Notes under the pieces: model-generated
Database searches by the model: none
Told to the model about the DNA's origin: nothing
What the model saw: only the letters and a program-made list of their open reading frames with translations
Position numbers and translations under genes: made by a program
Origin: Lama glama
Lineage: Eukaryota
Assembly (NCBI GenBank): GCA_028534125.1
Contig: CM052818.1
Span: 16,680,001 to 16,744,000, forward strand
Direction: 5' to 3'
Length of the DNA: 64,000 bases
Part shown: positions 26,361-36,960 of the stretch, piece after piece
How positions within the stretch are numbered: the stretch's first letter is position 1
Layout of the letters: each line of letters begins with the position of its first letter

Positions 26361-26654
26361 GTCATTTCAGTCTGCTGTCCTTGATCTCCAGAAAATTAAA
26401 TTGCCCAGTACAACAGTTTTCATTCAATGGGATGTCTAGATCAAGTGCACAAATAATTGAGGGTTTAGTACATCTCTACTTTTATTTTCCCTTTAGCAGG
26501 AGAAAAGCTCTTATGAAAATAAAATTCTTTTCAATTCCACTTCACAAGTTTAAGATTTTTTTGGTATAAAAATGTGTGTATTATTACTCTAATTTGTGAA
26601 ATTCCAATAGGGTATATCCATATCCACCATTATCTTTATTTTTAATAAACTTAG

Positions 26655-26655
<1 letters not shown>

Positions 26656-26687
<32 letters not shown>
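26656..26687. repeat. (TG)16 microsatellite
   Basis: Directly visible. Confidence 0.97.
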
Positions 26688-26689
<2 letters not shown>

Positions 26690-29129
26690 CAATATTAAGC
26701 AGATGCGGCAGAGAAAAAAAACTGGATATGAAAGGTAAACATAAAAATCCCAGGAAAAGGAGAAAGCCCTGGAAGAATAATGAGCTTGAAAGTATGTATT
26801 AACGTGTAAGGGGTGGTAGGAGTTTGTGTTAGGAATGGGGAATAAATGGACAACAAATAAAGAAATAAAAAGTTCACACAGGAAGTGCTTTAAGAGCTAA
26901 CTATAAAATATTTGAATATGCCAGCACAGCAAATTAATTGCACAGATTTCTGGGGCAGAAGTAGGCTGAATTGAAGCAAAGGCACAATAAGGCTCTGAAT
27001 TTCACTGATATCTATAACTTCAGTACCACTCCTGACCTTCCCTCAAAAGCCACAGTGTGGGAAATTTAACTGGACGGGTTAAGCAGATTTAATGATTGCA
27101 GGGGTCCAATGAAAATAAGTGTAAAGCTAGATTCTGATGAATGAGAAGATTCCTGAAGTCTAGCATTTGGGAATGGAAGGGATTGACTGTAAGCAGGGGT
27201 AGGAAGTGGGATGGTAAAGAGACAAAGTCTGAGTATAGGTGGAGAAATCAGTTCTTACAGGGGATAAGAGAAGACAGGCTCAAATGTGCAGATTATCAGT
27301 GAGTATAATGACACCCCAAGCAGGGGCTTCTCACACACCTAGTTTAGTAGCTGCTATTCTCCTTCAGAAATATTTTTCATTGTTGTAGGGAAAGAAGGGG
27401 TGGGGCTATGCATGGCAGAACATACACAGTTATTAGTGCCGCCTAAGGTTTAAAAACACCGGCCGTCAAACACACTGCAGGGGTCCCATGTTGAAACCTC
27501 TCTAGCAGGTAGATCTAGCAGGTGTAGAACTTAACCACTATTCTCAAGTACCTGTCCATGTGCTTTCTCTACTGTAGATTGATATCTTAATAACTATCAT
27601 TATTCTAGTGATTTGTAGCCATTAAAAATCATATTCTATCTTCTGATTACTGAAAAATTGTATACTCATGTGAAAGTAGGCTAATTTTACTATGCCGAAG
27701 ATTTGTTCAAGTAGTACAAAAGTATTTAACATATTGAGTTTGCTTATTTCTCCTGAAAGTAACTCAGTAAACTTCATGAGAAATTATGGGGATTTTTCTA
27801 TATGACATTTCCAGTATGTTTGTTCTAGTCAATAGCTGAGTCCAAAGCCCCAGACTTACTGCATTTTCTTGCATTTAAAAATTCCTCTAGTTGTTGTGTT
27901 GAAAATGATGTTTACATAGCAGCATGCTCAATAACTATTCATCAACTTTTGTGATGAGAAAACTCATACTGCTTTATACAAAGGAAACCAAGTAGAGACT
28001 TTTAACCACAAACCAAGTAACAAGGATTGTATTTATTATTAAAATAAATAATTTGTAAGCTAAACAATAGCATTCCAACTATGCAACAATTATACTGTAA
28101 GTAGAAGAATTCACTATTAAGCTGAAATTTAGTTGAAAATAGTGTAATCTAATCTCTCCCTAGTAATGCCATTATTTCAGTACATCACCTGAATCAAACA
28201 GAAAATCTCTTAAAATGATAAATCTTACTGCTGTTTTAAACTATCTACCATCTTTAGTGGAAAGGCATTTAATGCATATCAACTTATATTTTCCCTCCTT
28301 ATTACCATGCATTTCTTCTCAATCACTTACATTTGTCATGTTAAAGCCCCTTTCCAAATTAATATCAATCTTGGAATTCATGGATATCTCAAAGTCTCCA
28401 TTTTGCCCTAATTTTAATTGAGAAAGTAGGTGTTTACACTGATCCCCTAATGTGAAAGTGCAAGTTATGACTGCAGCAATAAACACAGATTCTCTCTGTA
28501 TTTGTTTCTCAGTCAAAAAATCTTATCACTTAGTTTATTTTTATTGTGGAGCGAGTTGCCATGTTAGAATGCTCATTAATATTTAATACTTTATGGAAAT
28601 ATATTTGTTTATGGTGATCATGAATTTCCATTTTCCTTGTTGCAAAATGTTTACCAGTTTATGGCATGAGATATTATTTATGTTTCCATATTTGGGTTGT
28701 CAGAAATTCTCCCAATCAGACATAATCATAAACAACCATCTTGATTTCATAATTATCTCATTTGTTCTGAGTAGTAGCAAGGGGCAGGAGTTAAAATCTT
28801 TCACACATTACAGTAGCCTAAATTGGTAGATTCACTAAGGTGACTGGAGAGGAATTAATCTTACCTTCCACCTTTCTAAAAAAAAATACTAGGTTCTTCT
28901 GACACATGTTAAATTGTCTCAAATTCATATCTATAGGAATCATGTTACATCTTACCCACAAACAACAAAAAAAATGACAGTAGCATTACAAACACCTCGC
29001 CTGTTTCCGTTAAGATATTTCATATAGTACTTGTCATTAAGGAATGACATTACTACATTCCAAAGTTGACTGTTCGGTTTCCTGGATTCCTTTTGATGAA
29101 ACTCACAAAAAAGGAAAAAGGAATTAACA

Positions 29130-29580
29130 TATATTAGTAGCTGCATTGTGCCAAGCAGTGTGCTGGTGTAAAGGATCATTTGATGAGAGGTAGTGTAGAA
29201 AGGTATTTACAATCACAGTCTTGAGTTTGTATCCTTTCTTGCACTTATATTGCTAGGTGTGACCTTGACTGTCTTGGTACATCTCTCTGTGCTTCACTTT
29301 TCTCATTGGTAAAATGAGTGAAATCCTAGACTCTATCTTATATGGTTGCTGTGAGGGATAAACTAAGTTAGAATGTAAGTAAGCAACTGGAGCACTGTTC
29401 CACATGGAGTAGACGCTCAACATTAGATACTGGCATTATCCTCATCAAATCTTAAAAAGTGAGGTACCATTATCCTCATTTTACTCATGAGGAAACTAGT
29501 GCTCAGAGAGTTGAAGTAATTCATGTAGAAACAACAAAGGAAGACATGCTTTAAAATAAAGTAAGAGCTTTTATCACTAC
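29130..29580. mobile_element. MIR cluster (plus-strand copy ~29185-29440 flanked by minus-strand MIR pieces)
   Basis: gtgtgaccttg...ctctctgtgcttcacttttctcattggtaaaatgag and tcctcattttactcatgaggaaactagtgctcagagag. Confidence 0.75.
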
Positions 29581-30379
29581 ATTATGTGATTTCCCCCCCA
29601 TTCTAAGCAATACTGATAGTTTTCCTTCTGCATATTTACTGAAAGAAAAGAGATCTTATGGCTGTCCATGTTCCTTAGACTAGATACAGTAGTTGCTTTA
29701 TATCTGATAAGTGCAAAGGAGATTAATGCAACACATAATCTAGCCCCTCAGTTTAGATTGATTGTGTCTGTATAAGGGGTGGGCACAGAGAACTTTTTGT
29801 TTTAAAACTTATGCATGAAGAGGAAGAATTTTAATGTACCTTTGAATCAGAAAACCACACAAAACAGCCCAAAGGAAGCCATGATCCAGTGGAAACATTG
29901 TGGAGCCCAACTGAAGATAAGATCCAAAATCACGAACATAAAATTAAACTAAATAATTGATCAGGTCATATGGACTGGTGGAAATTACCAGGTTTAAGAG
30001 TCCAGGGTTTTGACTCTTAAGAGAGTCTATAGAGATCTGCCACCACCAGAGGATTCACTGATGAATGTACACACAGATCTGGAACACACATCATGGAAAC
30101 TTCTTAGATTCAATTCTTAAAAATTTGATGTCCCTTCTACTTATTTTTGCAGTAAGCTTTACCTGTATAATAGACACATAGAGGCATAGCTTATGTGCTA
30201 TGTCTTCTAGAACCTACTAGTAAATGGTAGGAAAATTAAAAAGCCCCTGAAATTAAGTAGATTATTTTTGTAGTCCAAGTTCACTTAATGACAGACTAAC
30301 CTTAGAAAAGGTATTTTTCTGATACTTAGTTTTACTTATTTAAAATTCGTCTTGTTTTTTTTTAAATCATGTTAACAAT

Positions 30380-30770
30380 TATTATGTTATTAAATTCCCA
30401 AAGTAATCCTGTGGAATAAGTTGGTACTTACTAGTACCCTCATTTTATGGTCAAGGAATCTGATTTCAGAGAAGTGACTTCCATTGGGTCAAAGAGAACA
30501 GAACGGGATTGGAATTAATAATAATAATGAAAAAGGTAGTGTTTACTCAAGACAGTTCTAAAATGTTTTACGTCTATTTATTCATTTAATCTGTACAACA
30601 AACAGATGGAGTGGGAGCTATTAAAATATCCATTTTACAGATGAGGTGACTGAGGCATTGTAAGCTTAAGCATCTTACTCAAGGTCACAGCTGATAAATG
30701 GCAGAGATGGATTTCAAGCCCAGACAAACTGATTCTAGTTCCCACACATTTAATTACTTGACCACACTGC
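30380..30770 (-). mobile_element. Two adjacent MIR SINEs
   Basis: ccattttacagatgaggtgactgaggca...caaggtcacagctgataaatggcagagatggatttcaagcccagac. Confidence 0.8.
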
Positions 30771-31829
30771 ATTTCTGAAGCCAATAAAAATAATAAAACC
30801 TGTGGTTCTGTTCCTGTCTCCAAGTTATTTAGACTCTTCTACAAAAGTAGAGTATAAATGGGCTTATCAAAAAGAATGAGTTCTGGTTTCTTTGGAAGAA
30901 AATGAATATTGCATTTGAAATGTATATTATTTCACTACTCCTGAATTTGTCTAGGTTTTACAGTTTTGCTTTATAGGGCCTAGAGGCAGAAAGTAGTCTA
31001 ACCTTATGGCATTTGAGGCTGAAGCTATTAGGTTTGTGGTGTTAAAATAAGCATGTCTGCTGTTTCTGCTCTAAAACTAACCCAGGTTAGGAATATAATA
31101 GGGTTAGGAATTTAAATGTCCATAGGACTCAAACTATAATTTAGCCACACGCTTCAGACTCCCTTACCACTATTGTGCAAGCTCCCTTAGAGTTAACTCC
31201 TTTGTCACCAAACTCAGCAATGCCCGGTGGGCATGCCCAATGATATGGTTAGAATCTCACACCAAGTTTCACTTCTTCCAGGTTTTACCAGCTGCAAAAG
31301 GAAGGAGGAGACAGAGGGAAGAGTTAAACAGGTACAGAACTTGGTTCAGCTCGGGATGCCCATGGCCAAGGCAGAGCACGGAAAGCTGGGAGAGGCTGGG
31401 GAATGAGGAGAGGCTACCGCAGAAAGCACCTTACCAGACAGACTTGAGTCTGTCTCCAAGTTGGTGCTTTAGCCTGGTGGGTTCCTTTCACTTTTTTTTT
31501 TTTTTTTTTGCACAGCTTAGGTAGATCGTGAAGGTCTGAAGTGATCACTTAGGCCAGGGCCACTGTAAGGGGTGGGGCAGGGACGTGGTTCTGGGGAAAT
31601 GCCAGCGACTCTGTGAATCTTCCTTGTCCCTGCATTCCTCGAAGAGCTGCAGCTTTTCAAGTGTTCTAAGCAAGAGACAAGTACGCAAGTAAAGCCAGAG
31701 TTCATCTTAATCATCGACTCCTTGGTCCCTTCCTTTCGGCTGCTGAACCCTTCCCTGGAATCCTGTCACGTACCCTCGCCCAATCACGACTAAACCCCGG
31801 AGAAGTGGAATCTCCACACAGCTTTCCGT

Positions 31830-32386
31830 GGGTCTAGCAGGGTCCTGGGCATGCTCAGTAGGGTACGTGGTTCTCTGGTCTCTCTCTGTCGGTTGGGGGA
31901 GGGTGGGTGGTGACAAGTTAGAAGCACTTGCGGCAGGTCCCCGCCCCCAGGATCGGGCTCCTCTAGCAAGGGGACGAAGCAAAGGTAGAAACACCTCGCT
32001 GCGCAGCATCCCGACACGGAGGGGCTGCGCCGGCGGGCTGAGCCCACCAGTATCGCAGCCTGAGGACGGCCCACCGCTCTCCATGGTACTGCGGAGAGCT
32101 CAGCTCCGCCCTTCTCTTTCAGAAGGACAGCACCCGGCGTCACGTAACCCAGCCTTCTCGGGCTCCACCACCGCCTCCTCCTTCCCAGCTCTTTCCCTCT
32201 CCTCCTCCTTCTGCTCCCCTCCGTTGCCTATTCTCCCCTCCCGCACTCTTGGAGATAGACACTCAAGCCTGACGCCTCTGAAAAGGCAGCAGCAGTCGCC
32301 TTATCCACAGACCTCAGGAAATTCGCTTTGACCGATGCATGCATGCCTCAGGCTCTGGCTCGAGCTAAAGGGGAATAACCAGGCAG
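31830..32386 (+). other. NRXN1: NRXN1-alpha non-coding exon 1 (start approximate)
   Basis: CpG-containing GC-rich segment ending in donor CAG|GTAAAG at 32386/32387, followed by G-runs. Gives a ~2.76 kb intron to the exon 2 acceptor, consistent with recalled human architecture. TSS cannot be fixed from sequence. Confidence 0.7.
32073..32093 (-). promoter_or_regulatory. Candidate RE1/NRSE (REST site)
   Basis: Minus strand CGCAGTACCATGGAGAGCGGT matches 15/21 of TTCAGCACCATGGACAGCGCC with correct half-site spacing. Confidence 0.55.
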
Positions 32387-32960
32387 GTAAAGAAGCTCAA
32401 TTTGGGTTGGGGGGAGGGGATGGGGCGAGGCAAGCCGGAGAAGCAATCCTTCCCCGTTGTGACTGAGCCAGGATGTGCCACAAATGCACAGGGAAGGATG
32501 GGTGGTGGGAGGGTAGAGGAGTATAGATGTTGGTTGTTTTGCATGAAGCTTTTTTAATAGATGGCAAGAAGATGAGATGGTGGAACTCGGGTAGTAACTT
32601 AAAGACTGAATGCAGTGATTTATTAGCAATAAAAAAAGAAAGAAAAAAAAAAAGAAAAGAAAACAGGCAGGTTAGAAACCAAAGCAATAAAATACATCTA
32701 GAGCTACATCTTTCTTTCCTTTCCCCATCAGCCCCATGCTGTGCCCAGGCTTAATTTGTGCAGTAGACTCCAGGCTCCAAGAAACTGCACTGGTATTAGA
32801 GATGGAGCTTAGAGACTGGGCGGGAAAGCCAGGGAGAATTTTGGGTGTGCACTGCAATTGAGGGACTTTGCAAAAGCCAGAGGGAAAAGATAGGCACTTC
32901 TAAAAATTCTCTCAGAGATTTCAGGTTCTTACTATGGTATATTGAAAGGTACATGGAAAG

Positions 32961-32962
32961 GT

Positions 32963-33000
<38 letters not shown>
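32961..33000. repeat. (GT)n microsatellite, perfect (GT)15 at 32971-33000
   Basis: Directly visible. Confidence 0.97.
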
Positions 33001-33002
<2 letters not shown>

Positions 33003-33772
33003 ACATAAACATACTAAAATAAATGCAACTGCAGCTGATGAACATATTGTATCGATCCTTCCATCCTTCTAGTGGCTTGGGAATGAATTTGATTCTAGAA
33101 ATGAAAGAAAAGATTAATGAGGCTGTTAGTCTGCTTTTGAATTAGAGCGCTTCTTCGTTTGGCTGCAGTGAGGTTGTTTTTCAGATCCTTTTATTTTATC
33201 CTCTAATTTGTGAACTCGCCAGGTTTTCCGGCACCTAGAGAGAATCCTCTTCTCCATATAAATACAGACACTCTCTCACACACAATGAGCTTCCCCTAAG
33301 AACTGGGAGAGTCAGTTGACCTCCACTGTGATAAGAATATTATGTTTTTCCAATTCTCTTACACTCCTTAAAAAATTGTCAAGGTATGCTTCAGTGGAGG
33401 AGGACAGGAGAGAGGGGTAAAGAAGGTTTTGTGATCTATGTAATATCAATTAATAAAATAATAGGCTCCAACCGACTAACAAAAAAAAATGATTTTCTAA
33501 CACACGAGCTTATGGATGGTTTCAAAGCACTACTCTTGATCTTGAAATTCCAGATTTATTTTGTGATGACTAAAAATTTCAAAGATTCTTGAGTCCACTT
33601 AAAAAATGAAAGTATACTGAATAATTTGCTATCTTAGAATAAATTTTAACAGCACCTTTCTTTGGGCTTGGCACAGGAGTAGACAAGATATGGCTGGTGA
33701 TTGCTGATGGTGTGGAATATATCAGCCATATAAATAAGCAACTCAGATTTTTATTTCTGTTTGGTAATGGGC

Positions 33773-33816
33773 TGTGTGTGTGTGTGCGCGCGCGCGTCTA
33801 TGTGTGTGTGTGTGTG
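33773..33816. repeat. Compound microsatellite (TG)7(CG)5 TCTA (TG)8
   Basis: Directly visible. Confidence 0.97.
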
Positions 33817-34061
33817 CTGAAAGAGAGAGGACCAGTCATCAATTTCATCTGGGGAGGAACTTGAAGTGGGATCCCCTAGCTTGGTGGCTCTCAGCTGACA
33901 CCTGTAGGGATTGCTCTGTACTGAAGAAAAATGCTCCCAGCTCCCTCCATGGAGGAGTAGCAGCACAATGCGGTGCCATAAATTACTGCTAGTTTCAGCT
34001 TGTAGAAAAAAGTGTTAATTGGATAGTGAGCTTCTGTGTTCAGGCAATAAATTGGGGTGTT

Positions 34062-34087
34062 TGTGTGTGTGTGTGTGTGTGTGTGTG
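34062..34087. repeat. (TG)13 microsatellite
   Basis: Directly visible. Confidence 0.97.
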
Positions 34088-35149
34088 GTGGGGGGAGATG
34101 GTGGGGAACGGTAAGGGAAATACATGTGTTTTCTTGACATGACCAGATGATACGTTTGTGATTTTTTTCTTTTGGTCAATAGGTGAGAGTATATTTTTGG
34201 TTAAAAAATGCCTTAAAAATGATTCATTATTTATGATTTTTATACCATTTTAAGAACCTGTCAGATTAGAGTTGAATAAAGAGAGGTGATTAATAGTATA
34301 GTGAGTGATTCAAAGATATAATTTTAAATTCTAGCATCCTGGAACTAGAGCAGCTAAGGTGACACACATGCCAGCTGCTGTTCTAACCACCCAAATTCTA
34401 AGAGCTGACTGCCAGAAAGGACTTGAAGAGGAGTTAAGATCACTACACTGTTAGGCAAAATATTAAATACTCTACCCATCTTTAGAGGAGTTAATATTAT
34501 GAGACACAAATGCTGCCGAAAACAGGTATCTGACTCCAGTTAGGTATTTTATCCTATAATGGATTATTCCTTTAATAAACAGGAAGAAATTACTTCTTTG
34601 AAATTTAAGAGAGACTCCCAAGAAACCATCAATTTTCCTTCTATCTCTATGAAAAATAAAATGGTAGGAATGCTATACAATTCCAAGCTTGCACCTTCCA
34701 GTTGATAGCTTAATCTGCTTTGTCCGTTGTAAAATCTATTATCTGAGATTTGAATAGGTTGTATTTTTATTGTCCATGTAAACAGTGCACAATATAAGGA
34801 GTCTCTAAAAGTCTTTTTTTCTCTCCTTTTTCACATACTTAAAAAATTAAACTTTCTCAGAAAAAGTAAAAGATAACCATAACCAAATCTCTATAAAAAC
34901 CTGGGAAAGGTACCTACTAACTGTTAAACTAGAAAGGCATAATGGCTGATTGTAACTAATATTATATCTAAGGTTAACTATTAGGAGACATTATTTCTTA
35001 CTTGTAGATGAGGACAAATAAGCTCCTTCCAATAATGTTAACTCTGGCTTACTAATGCACTAGTTATACATGTGGTTTCTGGGCTGAATAATGATTTGTA
35101 TGATACGTAAATGACTTTAGAACTTAATTTTTATTTTAATCCTCTGCAG

Positions 35150-36836
35150 ATTTCTGGGTCCTTATAAAAAGACAAGATATAACCAAAATGCATCACCAAC
35201 ACACAACCAATTGATATGCTGGCATCTTAGCGTGGCCTTGCAGAGGTGGAGAGTAAAGAAGAGGAGCTGTTGTGATTTCCACATCTAACAGCTTCTGGCT
35301 ATTTCACAGCTTCTGGGTTTGAATCCTACTGTTGGGGAGGGAAAAAGAGAACATTTAATCCAGCCTGTGAGGCTATTTGCAAGGAATTCTGCTTTGGCTA
35401 CAGTGGTACTAGAAATCTATGCTATGACAGAAGAAGCAGGCCTTTGAAACTACTCGGGGTTGATAAGTGTAAAAAGGCAAGGGACATCTTTCTCCCTTCT
35501 GGTTTGGGACACTACATCTGGAGGAGAAACACTTGAGGCATTACCAGTCATTCAAGGATCCTGGTTCATTGTTGGCTTCTTGTACTTCCCTGGGAACTGT
35601 TTGCTTCTCGCCTGACTCTAATTGCTTTCCTTTCGCTGGTTACCACTGATAGAATCTGGCACATGATGGTATTTGAAGAGTGAAGCATCTTTTGATACCA
35701 CCAATGCCCTTGGACTAGTTCATCGGACTCAAATGGATGTGTGATTTTCCTTGACCTTCTGTTGACACTTTTTCCAGAACGTTGATTCCAAAGTGTATCC
35801 TCCCTTTGGTCTGGAAGTTCTGTGGCTGCCCTGCACCACTGGGGTCTACGTTTTCCTGTTGGGAGGGGACTATAGGGAGAGAGGGAGGGGTTGCTGGAAG
35901 AAGAAGAAGAAAAAAAGAGCTAGATAAAGGAGGGTGCATCCCTCCCACTCCTGCCCATCCTCTTACCCGATTTATTTCCGGGCCCTTATTTCTGCATCAC
36001 GGTGTCCAGGACCATTTTGACCCTGTCGGCCCCGGTACCCCCCCGCCGCACCCCAGCCCCGAGCATGGGGACGGCGCTTCTCCAGCGCGGGGGCTGCTTT
36101 CTCCTGTGCCTCTCGCTGCTGCTCCTGGGCTGCTGGGCGGAGCTGGGCAGCGGGCTGGAGTTCCCGGGCGCCGAGGGCCAGTGGACGCGCTTCCCCAAGT
36201 GGAACGCCTGCTGCGAGAGCGAGATGAGCTTCCAACTCAAGACGCGCAGCGCCCGGGGCCTAGTGCTCTACTTCGACGACGAGGGCTTCTGCGACTTTTT
36301 GGAGCTCATCCTGACACGCGGCGGCCGCCTGCAGCTCAGCTTCTCCATCTTCTGTGCAGAGCCTGCCACGCTCCTGGCGGACACGCCGGTCAACGACGGC
36401 GCGTGGCACAGCGTACGCATCCGCCGTCAGTTCCGCAACACTACGCTCTTCATCGACCAGGTGGAGGCCAAGTGGGTGGAGGTTAAGTCCAAGCGCCGGG
36501 ACATGACGGTGTTCAGCGGCCTCTTCGTCGGGGGGCTCCCCCCAGAACTGCGCGCCGCGGCGCTCAAGCTCACGCTGGCCTCCGTGCGGGAGCGCGAGCC
36601 CTTCAAAGGGTGGATTCGTGACGTGAGGGTCAACTCCTCGCAGGCCCTGCCCGTGGACAGCGGCGAGGTGAAGCTGGACGACGAGCCGTCCAACAGCGGC
36701 GGCGGGAGCCCGTGTGAGGCGGGCGAGGAGGGCGAGGGCGGCGTGTGCCTCAACGGGGGCGTGTGCTCCGTGGTGGACGACCAGGCGGTGTGCGACTGCT
36801 CGCGAACCGGCTTCCGCGGCAAGGACTGCAGCCAAG
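35150..36836 (+). other. NRXN1: NRXN1-alpha exon 2 (5'UTR 35150-36064 plus coding part)
   Basis: Polypyrimidine tract and acceptor TTTTTATTTTAATCCTCTGCAG|A at 35149/35150. Resulting size (~1.69 kb) agrees with my recollection of the large human exon 2. Acceptor position is inferred. Confidence 0.8.
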
Positions 36837-36960
36837 GTAAGGCTGACGAGGCCGGAGCCCCGGGGGCCTCGGCCGGGCGGGGCGCGGGGAGGCAGGGCGA
36901 GGCAGGGCGAGGCAGGCCCGGGCCGGTGCATGGGGCCTGCCTGCTCTGGAGAGTGTTCCG
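36000..36960. promoter_or_regulatory. CpG island over exon 2 coding part and start of the next intron
   Basis: Very high GC and dense CpG relative to the AT-rich flanks. Confidence 0.9.
36065..36836 (+). CDS. NRXN1: Neurexin-1-alpha, first coding exon (signal peptide, LNS1/laminin-G domain, EGF1); CDS continues beyond the window
   Basis: ATG at 36065 in strong Kozak context (AGCATGG). Translation MGTALLQRGGCFLLCLSLLLLGCWAELGSGLEFPGAEGQWTRFPKWNACCESEMSFQLKTRSARG...CLNGGVCSVVDDQAVCDCSRTGFRGKDCSQ is the neurexin-1-alpha N-terminus. Ends at consensus donor CAAG|GTAAGG (36836/36837), 772 coding nt, phase 1. Confidence 0.98.

Larger units (their letters stand above)
31500..32460 (+). promoter_or_regulatory. 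NRXN1-alpha promoter / CpG-enriched region
   Basis: Sharp rise in GC and CpG; CCAAT at 31780-31784; GC-box-like CCCCGCCCC at ~31939-31947 and CTCCGCCC at ~32104-32111; half-CRE CGTCA at 32138-32142; no obvious TATA box. Confidence 0.75.

Noticed and set aside
31707..32331. 117-167 aa ORFs over the promoter and exon 1
   Set aside because: GC-rich stop-poor region, low-complexity translations, no family resemblance.
36002..36064. GTG-initiated 21-aa N-terminal extension of NRXN1 from the ORF track
   Set aside because: The known protein starts at ATG 36065 with a strong Kozak context and signal peptide; nothing in the sequence supports GTG use.
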